Below are positions 45,478-57,852 of a stretch of DNA of 64,000 nt, one piece after another. Every line of letters begins with the position of its first letter. Positions within the stretch are counted from its first letter, which is position 1. Position numbers and translations under genes: made by a program. This DNA is from Flectonema sp. DT1601 (taxonomy: Eukaryota), in contig OZ025782.1 in NCBI GenBank assembly GCA_964019425.1, forward strand, positions 1 through 64,000, written 5' to 3'. The notes beneath the pieces were generated by a model. The model made no database searches. It worked only from the letters and a program-made list of their open reading frames with translations, and was not told where the DNA came from.

Positions 45478-46206
45478 TTATGCCTCTTCAAGTTTTTCAG
45501 CTTTTTTTTTATTCTTTGGAATGACCTCATCTGGAGAGTTATCATCAGAATCACTATCTGGGTTGCTATTAAATTCCTTCGCCCTTCGATCATTATCTAG
45601 TCTAGTGAAGTACAGAACTGCAAAATAAACAGGAAGACAAGAAGTAAATATGTTAAGCAACAACAAGACGAGTTTTCCTCCTAAGAAAGCTAGAGAAGTT
45701 AGTGTCGCAGGGGAGTTTTTGCAGTCATCGATACCCCAAGCATCACAGTTAGTAACTTCTTTAAATGAATTGTAAGTATCAAGCATATCACGGGTACAAC
45801 TCGAATATTTCAAACACGGCAATGCATCGACAGCAATAGTACAACCCTTGAAAGAGAGTTGCTCTGCTTGGCAAGACAAAGCGACAGTTACTGAGGCTGC
45901 TATGGACAACACTGTCCTACCTGCTCCACATAAGATACCAAAGACAACATAAAGAGCAGTAATTCCACTATTCTCTCTCCAAACACCCCATGCTCCTAAT
46001 GGTAATGCTGCATACAATAACATCAACGATACAATTATCGCTCCTTCCTCAATGGCACTGTTGTCTTGAACGTACAAATTTATAAACGAAAACGTAGTAT
46101 TTAATATGGTAAAGATAATAAGTTGTTTCTTTAAGTACCATTGAAGTTCTTTTTGATTGAGAGGTTTAGATCTGCAAAGATCTCTCCACATGGCGCAAAA
46201 TCTCAT
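45478..46206 (-). CDS. Four-pass membrane protein with Cys-rich loop between TM3 and TM4
   Basis: Four hydrophobic helices and six Cys in the large loop; probable start MRFCAM. Confidence 0.7.
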   Translation of the reverse strand: MRFCAMWRDLCRSKPLNQKELQWYLKKQLIIFTILNTTFSFINLYVQDNSAIEEGAIIVSLMLLYAALPLGAWGVWRENSGITALYVVFGILCGAGRTVLSIAASVTVALSCQAEQLSFKGCTIAVDALPCLKYSSCTRDMLDTYNSFKEVTNCDAWGIDDCKNSPATLTSLAFLGGKLVLLLLNIFTSCLPVYFAVLYFTRLDNDRRAKEFNSNPDSDSDDNSPDEVIPKNKKKAEKLEEA

Positions 46207-46288
46207 ATTTGTTGTAGTAGGTAAACTGTTTTTTTTAAGAAAATAAAAATAAAATAAAACAACAACAACAAAAAAAAAGATTGTTTTC

Positions 46289-46939
46289 CTAAGAAACACC
46301 CCTACCATCGGTGAGCATCGAAATAATACGACTATTGTTTTTTATGGAAGCACAGATTAGTGGTGTTTGTCCAGCAAAGGAACGACAATCCTTATCAACG
46401 TCAGGATGTGACAGGAGTAGTTGAACAACACTGAGGTCATTAGTACTGGCTGCCGTACACAATAAAGGCATTCTAGTTAGTTTATTTATCACATTGGGTG
46501 AGGCTCCCCTTTGTAGTAGATATGCTAACGAATCGTATTCAGGTTTTTTCATTGGATTTCTGCAACTTACTTTAGAAACAAAAAAAGTCATCGCATCAGA
46601 GATAGAGACTTCGGCATCAAAAAGATGATTTGCAGTTTGTAAATCATTTTTTAATAAACTGAGAACCAGTTGTTCAGATGATATATTTACATGTTGTGAC
46701 AAGAGGATGGATGTAGCAAGAGACTTACGTGAAATATTCAAATCTAATTCGGAGTCGTTCGTTAGACTGTAAAAGATACAATCTGTGAGATTATCCCCAC
46801 AGTGGGTTAAACGAAAATCATTTTCGATATTTAATTCTTCGCTAATCTGATGCCTCATGACTTCGATACCTTTTGTTATATCAACACGAAATGCACATCT
46901 CGTGTTGGGTAACTCGTTTAATACAAATATCGTAAGCAT
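46289..46939 (-). CDS. Ubiquitin-like N-terminus + ankyrin repeat protein
   Basis: LLQRGASPN, PLLCTAASTN, GQTPLICAS; same architecture as 17971..19191. Confidence 0.8.
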   Translation of the reverse strand: MLTIFVLNELPNTRCAFRVDITKGIEVMRHQISEELNIENDFRLTHCGDNLTDCIFYSLTNDSELDLNISRKSLATSILLSQHVNISSEQLVLSLLKNDLQTANHLFDAEVSISDAMTFFVSKVSCRNPMKKPEYDSLAYLLQRGASPNVINKLTRMPLLCTAASTNDLSVVQLLLSHPDVDKDCRSFAGQTPLICASIKNNSRIISMLTDGRGVS

Positions 46940-47123
46940 GTCAACCTGTTTATTAATAAATAATATTTTATAATCAACGTGTGCACTGAATGATTAACGT
47001 GTAATACAAAACAATGTAATGTACGTTGTTTTTTTAAAAATTCACCGCAATAGTGAACAGCGTGTCGGTTAAAGATGTCGGAAGCAGCAAAAATTGAAAA
47101 CGAAAAACAGTCACTCGGAGTCT

Positions 47124-47903
47124 TCAGTAAGAAGTAAACTGACTAACTTTATTCGCCAAGCAGATATTCATGTGTGAACACAGCGAACGAAAACGCTTGA
47201 ATTCAATGCCGTCTTTACGTTGTGTAGTACTACAAAGAGGACATATTAATTGTAAGTTTTCATCCTTGTTACAGAGATGTGATGAAGATGGTACTTTCCA
47301 CATGAAGTGTTCATGTGATATAGTGTCAGTACATCTTTTACAGAGATCATAATCTCGACATTTACCACATCTGTGGTGATCATCTCGTTGGATTAAATCA
47401 CTGCAGCCATCACACCAATATTCAGTCAGCCATCCTCGTCGTTCTTTTCGGAATCTCGGAATTGGTTCTGACTGACTCGGCTTTTCCGATTGGTAGGATT
47501 CCCATGTCTTTCCTCGCAATCCAATTCGCTCACATTTCGCAAGTAGTGATTGACGAAAGTCATCAACTCGTCGTCTTTTAAGTTTTTGCTGATCAAGGGA
47601 CACAAGTCTTTTTTGTTTTACAACTCCAGAAAGTGATTCCACGTCAATCGGGTTGACGGGTTCAGGTTCAATTATTTCCTTTTTACTTTCGATAATCAAC
47701 TTCTTCTCAAAGGTATCCACAGTTAATTCCTTCACGACAGGATGGTTACTTATCTCTGAACGTAGTTCTGAATAAAGAGGCACCTCTACAGAATCGGAAA
47801 GCCTCTGGGACTCGTAATTTTTTACATCTTTGCCGAAGTCCTCCGACACAGCACTGGGAACTTCTGCTTCACTTATTTCTTGTTTAACGTTTAGAGTTTC
47901 CAT
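47124..47903 (-). CDS. ZZ-type zinc finger protein
   Basis: WCDGC...HHRCGKCRDYDLCKRC...HEH. Confidence 0.8.
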   Translation of the reverse strand: METLNVKQEISEAEVPSAVSEDFGKDVKNYESQRLSDSVEVPLYSELRSEISNHPVVKELTVDTFEKKLIIESKKEIIEPEPVNPIDVESLSGVVKQKRLVSLDQQKLKRRRVDDFRQSLLAKCERIGLRGKTWESYQSEKPSQSEPIPRFRKERRGWLTEYWCDGCSDLIQRDDHHRCGKCRDYDLCKRCTDTISHEHFMWKVPSSSHLCNKDENLQLICPLCSTTQRKDGIEFKRFRSLCSHMNICLANKVSQFTSY

Positions 47904-48236
47904 CTCTCTCGGAGAGAACTGTCGATAAAAAAAGAAAAATAAATATCGAAATCAATATTTGAAGGAGTTGCAACGAATAGCGAATCTGCATTCTGACCAG
48001 TACCAGACTATGTATGTTTTTACTGAAATAGAAAGAACGATTAAACATTTTCGGCTGATTACTATATCGCAGCACTTATCCCGAACATCTTGCTGAGTTG
48101 TTTCCAACAAGGAATTGAAAGGCATAACATTCGGGTGCTCAGGTTATGATTTTCTGGGAAAAAATCCGTGTCGATAAGAAGTGATCGATGGCGACACTTC
48201 AATTGTAGTCATCTGACTACTTAAAGAGGATAGTCG

Positions 48237-49760
48237 TTAAGCAATGACAGTTGCAATAAATTCATTAAAAACTGTAACAACTTCATCTAATGCTGATGAC
48301 GACAGTGAAGGAATTCGTCCTAAGATCTCTTCCTTCGGAGTCTTGCCATCAAAGAAGTCAATAGTTGATCTTAGATTTCCAATTACATCAACAGAAGTTA
48401 CACCTGGACAGAGTTTGCTGTGTCGGGTAATCATTTCGAGGAATGTCATGTGTTTTTCAACATTAAGTCGATTGGTAGTGACGACTCGTTTTCGATCATC
48501 ACGTGCACCTGATAAGAATCTAACTGAATTATTACCTGTCGATTCCGTGTTCTGTTTCGCTTGTTGTTGTTGACGTTCATGTTTTGACTGTTGTTGTAGT
48601 TGGTATTGTTGCTGTTGGAGATATAATCCTTCTTCTTGATCTTGTTCTTGTTCTTGATCAGCTAATTCTTGTTCAAGAAGTTCTTGTTCATATTGCTGGT
48701 GATCGTGTTCTTGGTGTTGTTTTGGAACTTTTTGATTCCTTCTTGAAATTGCTTGTTGACTTGCTGTCGCAAATAACAGAGGTTGGAAAACATAATAAGT
48801 CCGCAGTATCTTTGTTATCCCTCGGGATACTAAAAACTGAAGTAATTTATAAAAAGTAACGTAGTCAAGCAGCTCTTCTTTCTCTTTGCCGTATATTCCT
48901 TCCGATGACTGTGTTTGCCGAACACTCTTCGCAAGCTTTCTCTCAATACGTTTCCGAAAGTCCTGTACAGATGTTGGAACAGCAACCAGTGTAAGCAATT
49001 CCGGCAGTGACACTTCTTTTACTATTTCTGCTGCTTTTTCAATAACTTCTTTCTCTAAGGGAAACGGCAAGTCACTGTGAATCATTAAATAAATATAACT
49101 ATTTTCCTCACGAGGTCCTTTCTGTATGTCCTGCGATAATGAAGACAAACCGTCTCCAAGTGTAATTTCACCCTCCAGGTAGAGCCAGTTATTTACATGA
49201 AGCCGGAGGGATCCTCCAGCTTGAAGTACATTTGTTATCGAGACTAATTCGTGAACCAGAGAGAGGTCAGAGACTGCATTGAAAACAGTCGTCCAACTAC
49301 CTTTGTCTTCATATTGATCCCTCTTAACAGTAAGCTGACTAGCAGCTACTCGCAAGTAGTCGCATCGGTTCTGCTCTCTGATAATAGCACTGGTGTAGGC
49401 GTCGAGAAATGATGAAAAACGATGCTGAGCATCCAACACACCTTTTCCATCCATATTCTCCGTAGCCACGACAATTGCTAAGTGTTTAATAGGACCAACT
49501 GGGATGTGGAAATAACGAACATGAAAAGAGAATGCTTCAACAGAAATCACATCGTGTTCTGGTATTTCTCTAATCTGTTGCGGACATAATAAAAATGACA
49601 AGTGATCCGTACGAACACCAAGTGTCGTTACTAAATCACTACTCATTGGAATGTCTCGTCCGTAGAGGTCGGACCCAACTCCCTCCGGGGGGTATCTGAA
49701 CACCATCTGAACACCTCGACTAACACCAAAACAAATCACGAACGACATCACTTTTGGCAT
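48237..49760 (-). CDS. NPRL3: GATOR1 subunit NPRL3/Npr3-like
   Basis: SRGVQMVFRYPP, LSFLLCP, REQNRCDYL, LHVNNWL, FFDGKTPKEEI; Q/E-rich insertion. Confidence 0.75.
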   Translation of the reverse strand: MPKVMSFVICFGVSRGVQMVFRYPPEGVGSDLYGRDIPMSSDLVTTLGVRTDHLSFLLCPQQIREIPEHDVISVEAFSFHVRYFHIPVGPIKHLAIVVATENMDGKGVLDAQHRFSSFLDAYTSAIIREQNRCDYLRVAASQLTVKRDQYEDKGSWTTVFNAVSDLSLVHELVSITNVLQAGGSLRLHVNNWLYLEGEITLGDGLSSLSQDIQKGPREENSYIYLMIHSDLPFPLEKEVIEKAAEIVKEVSLPELLTLVAVPTSVQDFRKRIERKLAKSVRQTQSSEGIYGKEKEELLDYVTFYKLLQFLVSRGITKILRTYYVFQPLLFATASQQAISRRNQKVPKQHQEHDHQQYEQELLEQELADQEQEQDQEEGLYLQQQQYQLQQQSKHERQQQQAKQNTESTGNNSVRFLSGARDDRKRVVTTNRLNVEKHMTFLEMITRHSKLCPGVTSVDVIGNLRSTIDFFDGKTPKEEILGRIPSLSSSALDEVVTVFNEFIATVIA

Positions 49761-52700
49761 TTTGTTCTTTTTGACTCAAACTAGTGGAGCCCCCGCCTCC
49801 CAATTCTTCTGAAGTTCAATAAAAAAAAAATGAAAATGTAAACCGAGTCAGTCCGTACTGTACTGAAAGTAAAAATATATTTGCTACGCGTTTTTCTTTG
49901 TTTTTTTCTTTATTTTATTTTTTTTTTTTTTTTTTGATGAGGTCGGTCTCAATACAACTTGTCAGGAAAAGTCTCTGAAATCTAGGCTGTTTTCATATTA
50001 ATTGGGTACCTTTTAAAATAAAATTTAAAAAAAAAACATGCCAAACAAAGGAACGCGTTGTTACCAATGCAAACAAACTCAAGTCACTGCGTAGTTGCTA
50101 CGCGACTTCCTTTTTTTTTATTTTATTTTATTTTATTTCTTTTTCATTCATTCATTATTTCATTTTTTTTTTTTTTTTTTTTTTTTATTGATAATTTATA
50201 ACTAGATAATATAGATTTCAGTTCTTGTTCGTTTTTATTTTTTATTTTTTTTTTTTTTCCAAGAAAAAAGAAAAAATATCCGCCAGAAGAAATGGGGGAA
50301 AAAAAAAGAAAAAGAAAGCAAAACCGTTGAGAACACAATGGGGGAGAATAAAAAAGGATCTAAAATAAAAAAGCTACTGAGCATTTTATAGCACTTCTGC
50401 AATCCTTTCACAGCACATCATCCTTTATTCGAGATAAGCTTCTCTCTGGATATCCCTTTATTTTTTTGAGAAACACGTAATCGAAGTTGCAACCCAAATC
50501 GTCACAAACGGTTGCAGCAATAAATGGAGGTTTTTTTTTTTTTTAAATTTTTTTTTTTTTCAATCCTTACTTGAATTATGACAGTCTTCCTCGTAAGAAG
50601 ACACGGGGAGGTTGGAGGGGGGCGGCTCGGGTAATAAAATTATAAACAAGGCAGAAGTATAAACCAAAAGAATAAGAATATAGAGACACGTGCGATAATC
50701 AATTTTTGCAATCATCTCAGTAAATGAAATAAGATTCAAGAGATAAATTCATCATCGGAGGTTTGTCACCCACATTAAGATATCTGAATTACGATACTGC
50801 ACAGTCAATAAAAAGGTTTTTTTTCTCAACTCCGCGAATAAAGAGATTCTTTAATTACTTTATGTAATAAAGGTAAGGTAAACGAGATCTTCATATATAA
50901 AGGAAATTTGTTCTTCACATTCTTCTTGAGAAGTCAATCAGAGCTAAGGTAAAACAAAACCAGAAAAAAAAAAAAAAAGGAGAAGGAAATACGTCTTTGC
51001 TGCAGCACGTTCGAATTTTCCAAGAAAAAGAAAACATCAAAGAATTCAGAAACCTATTCATCCACGCGTGAGGAACCGACACACATGTTTGTTAAAAAAA
51101 ATTAAGTTAACACTTGTTAAGACTACTCACACTGTACTAAAGTAATCAGAAGTATTATTCTTAATGTCCTTTACGTTTTGAAGTTAAGTAGTTGTACGAA
51201 AAAGCGTAAATGGGAATATAGTAATATCGAATATCAGTGAAAAGGGGGAAATAGAAATCAGCACAATCGGTATCGAATACCGTCAGGGATGATCACAGCC
51301 AGTTTCGACGTTGTGAAGTGGAAAAAAAAAAAATTTTTTTTTTTTTTTTTGTTCCTTCCGTTGCGCTGAACTCGTACCTAAAATGAAAGACTTTTGTTTC
51401 AAAACAACGAGGAATCAACAGAGCTCAGAGAGCAACTTTTCCAATGTTGCAGTAGTTGTTGCACCTCCATACCAATTGCATTCAAAATTGATATCGTGAA
51501 AGGGGAGTGTTCATGGGAGATTCTCATCAGTAGGAGCCAGGGACTCTTACCTTCTTTTAGTAAGCCTTGATTTTATTAAAAAGTAGTATAATGATTGACT
51601 GAAATAACATAATACACCGCAGCGTACCGAAAGACTTACGGACGCGAGTGTTTTAAGGTCACTGATGCCGGCCTTTAAGACGGTGATTTCCTTTCAATCT
51701 AATCCCCTAAAAGGAAGGGGACAACGTCTGTTTTTTTGTTCACATGACGCAATCCTCCTTTGTGCCGAACAATGGATTTGTAAGTACAACAACAACAATA
51801 AAAAAATAATTTAAAACCCTTAAATAAAAATGAACACCCCAAGTTGGAATGCTTCTCGTTCGCTTCCGTCTTGTGACAAGAAAAAAAAAATAAACAACAG
51901 AAAGAAGAAATAAAATAAAAAAAAACTTACAGCGTTGTGAATGGGATTTTTTTTGTCAAGCACAGATATGTCTTTTTTAATTAAGTAAAGAAGTAAAGTA
52001 ATGACTGAGGGGAGGGGGGGGGAGAAGGGAAGTTATATAACGTGACGGGAAAGGAGCCAACACAACTGTGACGAGAAAAAAAAAAAAAAAAAAAAAAAAA
52101 AAACCAGAAATATAGGTTCAGCACAACTCTTTGTAGACTTGAAAGTCGCTATTTACAATCAAATAAAACAAATAATTACTAACGTAGTATTAAAAATAAT
52201 TTCTCGAAGAAGAAAAACCGTTTTTCACGTACACTGATTGCAAAAAAAAAAAAAAGGAATAAAGAATAGCGGAATCAGGGAACAAGAATATGCACATATT
52301 TTATTTATTCAGGACTTCTTTGTTAGGAGAGAGAAAGTTTTGAGGATTAAAAAAATAAATAAAGAGTTAAGAATATTATCCGTTACTAGGAGATTTTAGA
52401 GGGAAAAAAAAAAAAAAAAAAATTAAAAAAAAATTCTCGCGAGAGGAGGGAGAACAATAGGGGAATCCAAACCGAAAACTAACTATGTACAGATGGGCAT
52501 CTTATTTTTCAATTTTTTTTTTTTTTTTTTTTTCGTTTTCTGAACGATAAGAGTCTCATCAATGGCGAAGTTTCTCTCTACCTGATAAGGATGAAGACTC
52601 CAATCCAGCTGTTTCGTCATCCGTCATCATTCACCTCATCGTTCTGTTTCACTTCGGAGTGTTCCGTTTTTTTTTTTTTTCTTTTTTTTTTTTCCCTTTA

Positions 52701-55186
52701 ATTTTTGTTTCGTTCAAGTGGCACCAGAGCACTCCATGGGCCATTCTAGAGAGGAGAAATGGTAGCAAAAGACAAGTGTCAACACACATGAAATTTTCTA
52801 CTCAACAGTTTTTGGTATCCAATTATTTTTAACAAAAAAAAAAAAGAACCACCTGAAGTGCCGCTAGCAGTGAGAATCCGTTGATTATCATTCCGTCGCA
52901 CAAAAGTTACAGATAGACTAACCTTAAATAGGTTAGCGGGGCTATCAAAAATGAAGTTTTGATTGCCCAGTCGACAAAAAACAGTCGCATACAATGTAAG
53001 TAGAGAATCGGCCACGTCCAAATCCACAGGTCATTAAAACAAACACATCAACATGGTGAGCAATAGCTGGCAGATATCGTGACGTCTTTTATAATTCTTT
53101 TAACAAATGACAGACTTAAGTCTGGTTTGTGGTTAGACTCGTCTTTCTGACCCACCCCCCCAAAAAAAAAAAAATTTTAAAAAAAAAAAAGCATCGCAGG
53201 AAATCAGCGTCAGTGTGGAGATAAAAAGTTCAAGAAAATAGAACTTGACGACTTGAGGAAATAAAAGGGTGAAACAAAGACTGAAAAAAAAAAAAAAAAA
53301 AAAAAAAAACTCAATGAATAGAAGAAGGTTACAATATCCATCCTACATAGTAACTTATGGCAAGAGTGTCAGAGTGAAGTGAGGGCACCACTACCTCTTT
53401 CAACATAAGCTAACCGAGGGGTACGTGACTTACACTCAAGCCGCCAACTAAGACTATGCTGTTATCATTAAGAAACCTTTGACAGTTGACCATCACTAAA
53501 AAACCAACCAAATAGATTCTTTTTCCACACAAATGCTTGCATCAACAATTAGAAAAAAAGAGCAGACGCTTCGCACTCATAAAAAAAGATGGCACGTAGA
53601 CATGTGATGTTCTGTATGTTACCTAAATGCATTCCGCACTGATGAGCCGTATAGAAACGACATTCGCACTAAAAAAACCAATAATAATAAAAAAAACAAG
53701 CGACCAACAAAGTCTTCCTTAAAGACTTTTTCTATGGTAGTTCCACAGCAATCAAATCAACAAAAAAAAAAAACAAAAAAAAACCAATTCACCTTCAACT
53801 ACTTACATCCAATAACATTCATTATTATAATTTTATTTGGTTTTTTTTCTTCTTCTAATTGTTAAGTAAATCAAGCCATACAACAGGAAATGAAAAAAAA
53901 ACAAAAAAAAAAAAAAAACCAAATTCAGATAAAAAGCTAATATATTTTTGTTGATCGCAGACAGTATTACTGAACCGCACAGGGAAAAATAGATAACATT
54001 TTGACAATAATAAATAAAAACGGCTCTTTAATCTGAATAGTTTCTTAAAACCTTAACCACCAACCAACCCGACAGCAACGCCATTCAATAACTCAAGCGA
54101 TTGAAGACACCACAGCCAGGAGGAGGAGGAAAAAAAAAAAAAAAAAAAAATCTTTCCAGCTGAACGCAAGATATTCGTGGCATGAAAAGAATTAGAAGAA
54201 AAGAAAAAAAAAAACATAGGGGGTTGGTGCCCGCAATAAACGTACAAAGTTATCTTGATCAACCAATCGGCGTGGTACATTTAACAACTGGCATTTAGTC
54301 AGTCTGTGAGGGTACAACAGGCAATCATCCCGTACAAAAAAGGTCGGAGCTTCTTAGCTTTGATGGTTCACATCAGTGTGATCGAACTACGTTATATCCG
54401 ACTTTCAGTTATAGAGATATTGATGAATGAGATAAAAAAGGTTTTTTTTTTTTTTTTTAATTAAAAAAAAAGTCCCCCTTTTTTTTATTTTTATTAGGCT
54501 CGTGAAATATAAAAGAATTAGACTTTTTGATTTGACAAAATAAAAGAAAAATTCCTCTTTTTATTCTTCTTATTCTTCTTTTGTTCTGCTTACTAGCTGA
54601 GTACCTTCTCAAATACGATTAAGGAATACTCCCCCTACCGACTGAGTTACAACTGTCCACAACTTTATGCAATGCGATAGTAAAAAGAGACTTGATAAAG
54701 TTTACCAAATGTAATCAAGGCAGTACAAGGCAAATTAAACAGCTGTAGTGATGTAGTAGTCTACTTTGTTATTGTGATTTGGGGAGGGGAGGTTTGTTCG
54801 GATTTATTAACACAACCATGAAATCTTTTCTTATTCTACGATTCTATGACGCGATTACTTTTGTGTGTGGGAGTTGTTCAGCACACGAGAAGTGTCCTGA
54901 GTCGTTGTTGTTTTTTTTTTTTTTTTTTTTTTAAGTTTTTTTTGTTTCTTCGTTCTTGGTGAATTTAAATAATAGAGCCTTGCATCTCTTTTAAAAGTAA
55001 CTTTATTCAACAAGGAAGTTAGAACTTTTTTTTTTTTTCGGGCGTTGACGCAAATTTCTCGTCAAAGCTAGGTGTAGGCGGAAAGGAAGAATAACTATGC
55101 TGCTAATCTCAATCGTCAAACATGAATCCGCAGCAGTGCAATTGTCCTTTCATTTCGTATCACTCAGATGGTTAGCAACGCAGAGA

Positions 55187-56369
55187 TCAACTGTCTTTCA
55201 ACCTCTCAGCTGCCCGTTTTGTGATGGCGGATATCTTCTCAATTTCCAATGGCAATTTCATCTTCACTTCTTCTTTTGTTAATTTGACTTTCATTTCTCC
55301 CTGAGCAACTGAGGCGCTGACTGCTTCTTCGGTCTCACGGTCTTCATCTGAATATCTGTTGTTGTTTTTGTTGTTAATTTCCATCATCATCATCATCACT
55401 GCCATGACTATTTCAAAATTAACTTATTAATTAAAAGTATTCATACCGGTATCCAGTCGCTTTCCCGTCTTTCATGTCATCATTCCATGCAACGAATTTC
55501 CAATTTCCGTATCGGTAGCGAGTCTGTTTGTTGTTGTTTTTTTTTTTTTTGTTATTTTCTTCCAATTAAATAATAACACTTCAGTTAACATAAACTAACT
55601 AAACACAAACCTCAATGCGTACACTATGAGTACCGTCGCCAGCATTTTGAAGAAGTTTGAGAAGCTCGAGATGAAGACGAGACCAACGGACGTCTTCATA
55701 AGTTGACGAGTCAGATGGACAAGGACGGAATGGTATTGAAAGAGAATCCTGTAATGCAGTACGATCATTACCATAAACAGCTCCTCTGTCTGGTGTAAAG
55801 GTAAAGAAGGCACCAGCTATTGGTTCGCAGTCCCAGGGATCTCCCGACACAGCTGCGTTAGTTTCTTGTGATTTCCCATTCAACCACAAGAATATTCCAA
55901 TATCCTTAATACTTTCTGGGTATAAGAAATACTTTCTTCTCTTTGAGTAGTCAGGTACCTTACCCTGTTGGAGGAGCTTTTCTTCTTTCTCTTTTATTTT
56001 TCGTGTGTTGTGATGAGGTCTTTCTTTTGATAATTCCAACCGAGCCCAACCAACACTGTAGCAAGGTAGAGAGTGTGAAAAGAAAGCTCTGGCATATATT
56101 GGTTCTTCCCATTTCCAAAGTGCGTGACTGAAGGCACCTCCTTTGCTGTCTTTGTCGATCTCTTTGATGTCAAATTTAACTTTTTCTGTGACATTCGTAC
56201 GTGGTGTCGCTGCATTCTCAAAGGGACCAATGATTGGTACCTTTTCTCCTGATCGTGTTAAGTTACCTGGAACCATGTCACCTGCAGCCCACCATTCGTA
56301 TAGCTGAAGACCATCAGGACCGTATTCCTTGGAATCATCTTCTACGTAATTAGATGACCCGCACCCCAT
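55187..56369 (-). CDS. N-acylated (MGCGSS) hypothetical protein, 3 exons (55611-56369, 55447-55523, 55187-55355)
   Basis: GT-AG introns 55524-55610 and 55356-55446 restore one frame linking two track ORFs. MGC start suggests myristoylation/palmitoylation. Confidence 0.75.
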
Positions 56370-56464
56370 TTATGTGTTTATGGTGGGGCCGGGGCCTGAC
56401 AATTAATAGAAAAGATGAATCAAAATAATAATACAAAACCTGAATTGGAGACACATTAGGAAAT

Positions 56465-56500
<36 letters not shown>

Positions 56501-56803
56501 CCGCTCTAAAATAACAGACGAAACACGTCGCACGGATCAAAATCAAAAGAACTGTTCGTTTGAAGATAAAATCGAAATTTTACACTTTCGCGTGGCTATG
56601 ACCTGCTTTGGCTGGGACTTGGATAAGTAAATCAAGGGTAAACATGCAACAAATTAAAAATGAATCATCATAACTGGATTCTGTCCACACAAAATCGCAT
56701 GCTTTAAATAACTACCGGAGAGAGAAATGCTGTCAAGTCAAATTGACCCGGGGACCACGCACTTGGCTGGGTGTTTGCTTTATTCTCACGTTTCTTATAA
56801 ATA

Positions 56804-57565
56804 CTATTCAACAATCTGTTTCCAGTCGTAGTAGTCGAGGTGATCACCAGATGTGAATTCGTTGGCGCTCAGAAGCTGCGATACTACTGCTGCAGATGCA
56901 TTTGGATCGACCAGTTCCAAGGCTTTAAAGGTATCTTGCATCTTAGTGTCTGAGTGTGATGTACGAATCTCCATTGCCATATCTGTATTCATTGGACCTG
57001 GAGCATAGTTTAAAGTCTTTACATTATCATATTCTTCCCCGAGTACCTTCATATGCATGTCACGGGCTGCTTTACAACTACAGTACAATGAGAATCCTTT
57101 TAAAGCTTTTATAGCTAAGAGTGAACTGATGTTTACAACCTTTACGTCTTCTGCTTTATTCCCAAACAGAGACATGAATGCTGAAGTAATTACAATTGGA
57201 GCTGTCATGTTCGACATTATGTTTTCACTAATAACATCTGGTGGGAGATCTCCAGTGTTCTGAAGTCCACCGAGAGAGCCAGCGTTGTTAATTAACATCA
57301 CTTTCTTTGATGATGCGAATTGTGTGAACGCTTCAATCGATGATTTACGAACTGTCTCAGAGTCTGTGGACATATCAATCTCCCATTTCACGACTTTCTC
57401 AGCACCAGATTCTAAACAAAGCCTTTCAGTTTCATCCATTCCCTTACTCGTCGCTCTGTGAGATAATAACAACGTCGACTGAGGAAACTTCTTACTGAGA
57501 GCGACTGCAACAGATCTCCCAAATCCACGATTCGCACCAGTGATAGCTATCAGCTGCTGAGTCAT
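56804..57565 (-). CDS. SPR: Sepiapterin reductase-like SDR
   Basis: TGANRGFG, LINNAGSLG, VVNISSL, YCSCKAARDM, LNYAPGPMNTDM, FTSGDHLDYYD. Confidence 0.88.
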   Translation of the reverse strand: MTQQLIAITGANRGFGRSVAVALSKKFPQSTLLLSHRATSKGMDETERLCLESGAEKVVKWEIDMSTDSETVRKSSIEAFTQFASSKKVMLINNAGSLGGLQNTGDLPPDVISENIMSNMTAPIVITSAFMSLFGNKAEDVKVVNISSLLAIKALKGFSLYCSCKAARDMHMKVLGEEYDNVKTLNYAPGPMNTDMAMEIRTSHSDTKMQDTFKALELVDPNASAAVVSQLLSANEFTSGDHLDYYDWKQIVE

Positions 57566-57852
57566 CTTTTGTTGTTATTGGTTTGCTGAATTTTAAAATA
57601 ACTACTTCATAATATTCCTTAATCAAATGCCTACCATTGCTGTCATAATCACTGCTGGTCAGCTAAATAATAATAACAAATAAAAGTACAAACATAACTA
57701 CGACGGTGAGCTCTCTCGTAGAGACTATAGCTGCATGAAAAAAAAAAGAATCGGACGGTGTCATCCAATTAGTAGTTTAGTACTAAATACCAGTTCAGCA
57801 ACTGCTGTTTACTTAAAAGATTATTTCCAACAGCCACAAAAGAATAGGAATA

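Noticed and set aside
53639..53660. CTGATGAG...GAAAC hammerhead-like core on the plus strand
   Set aside because: No stem II can form (GCCGTATA), and no matching stem I/III with NUH was found.
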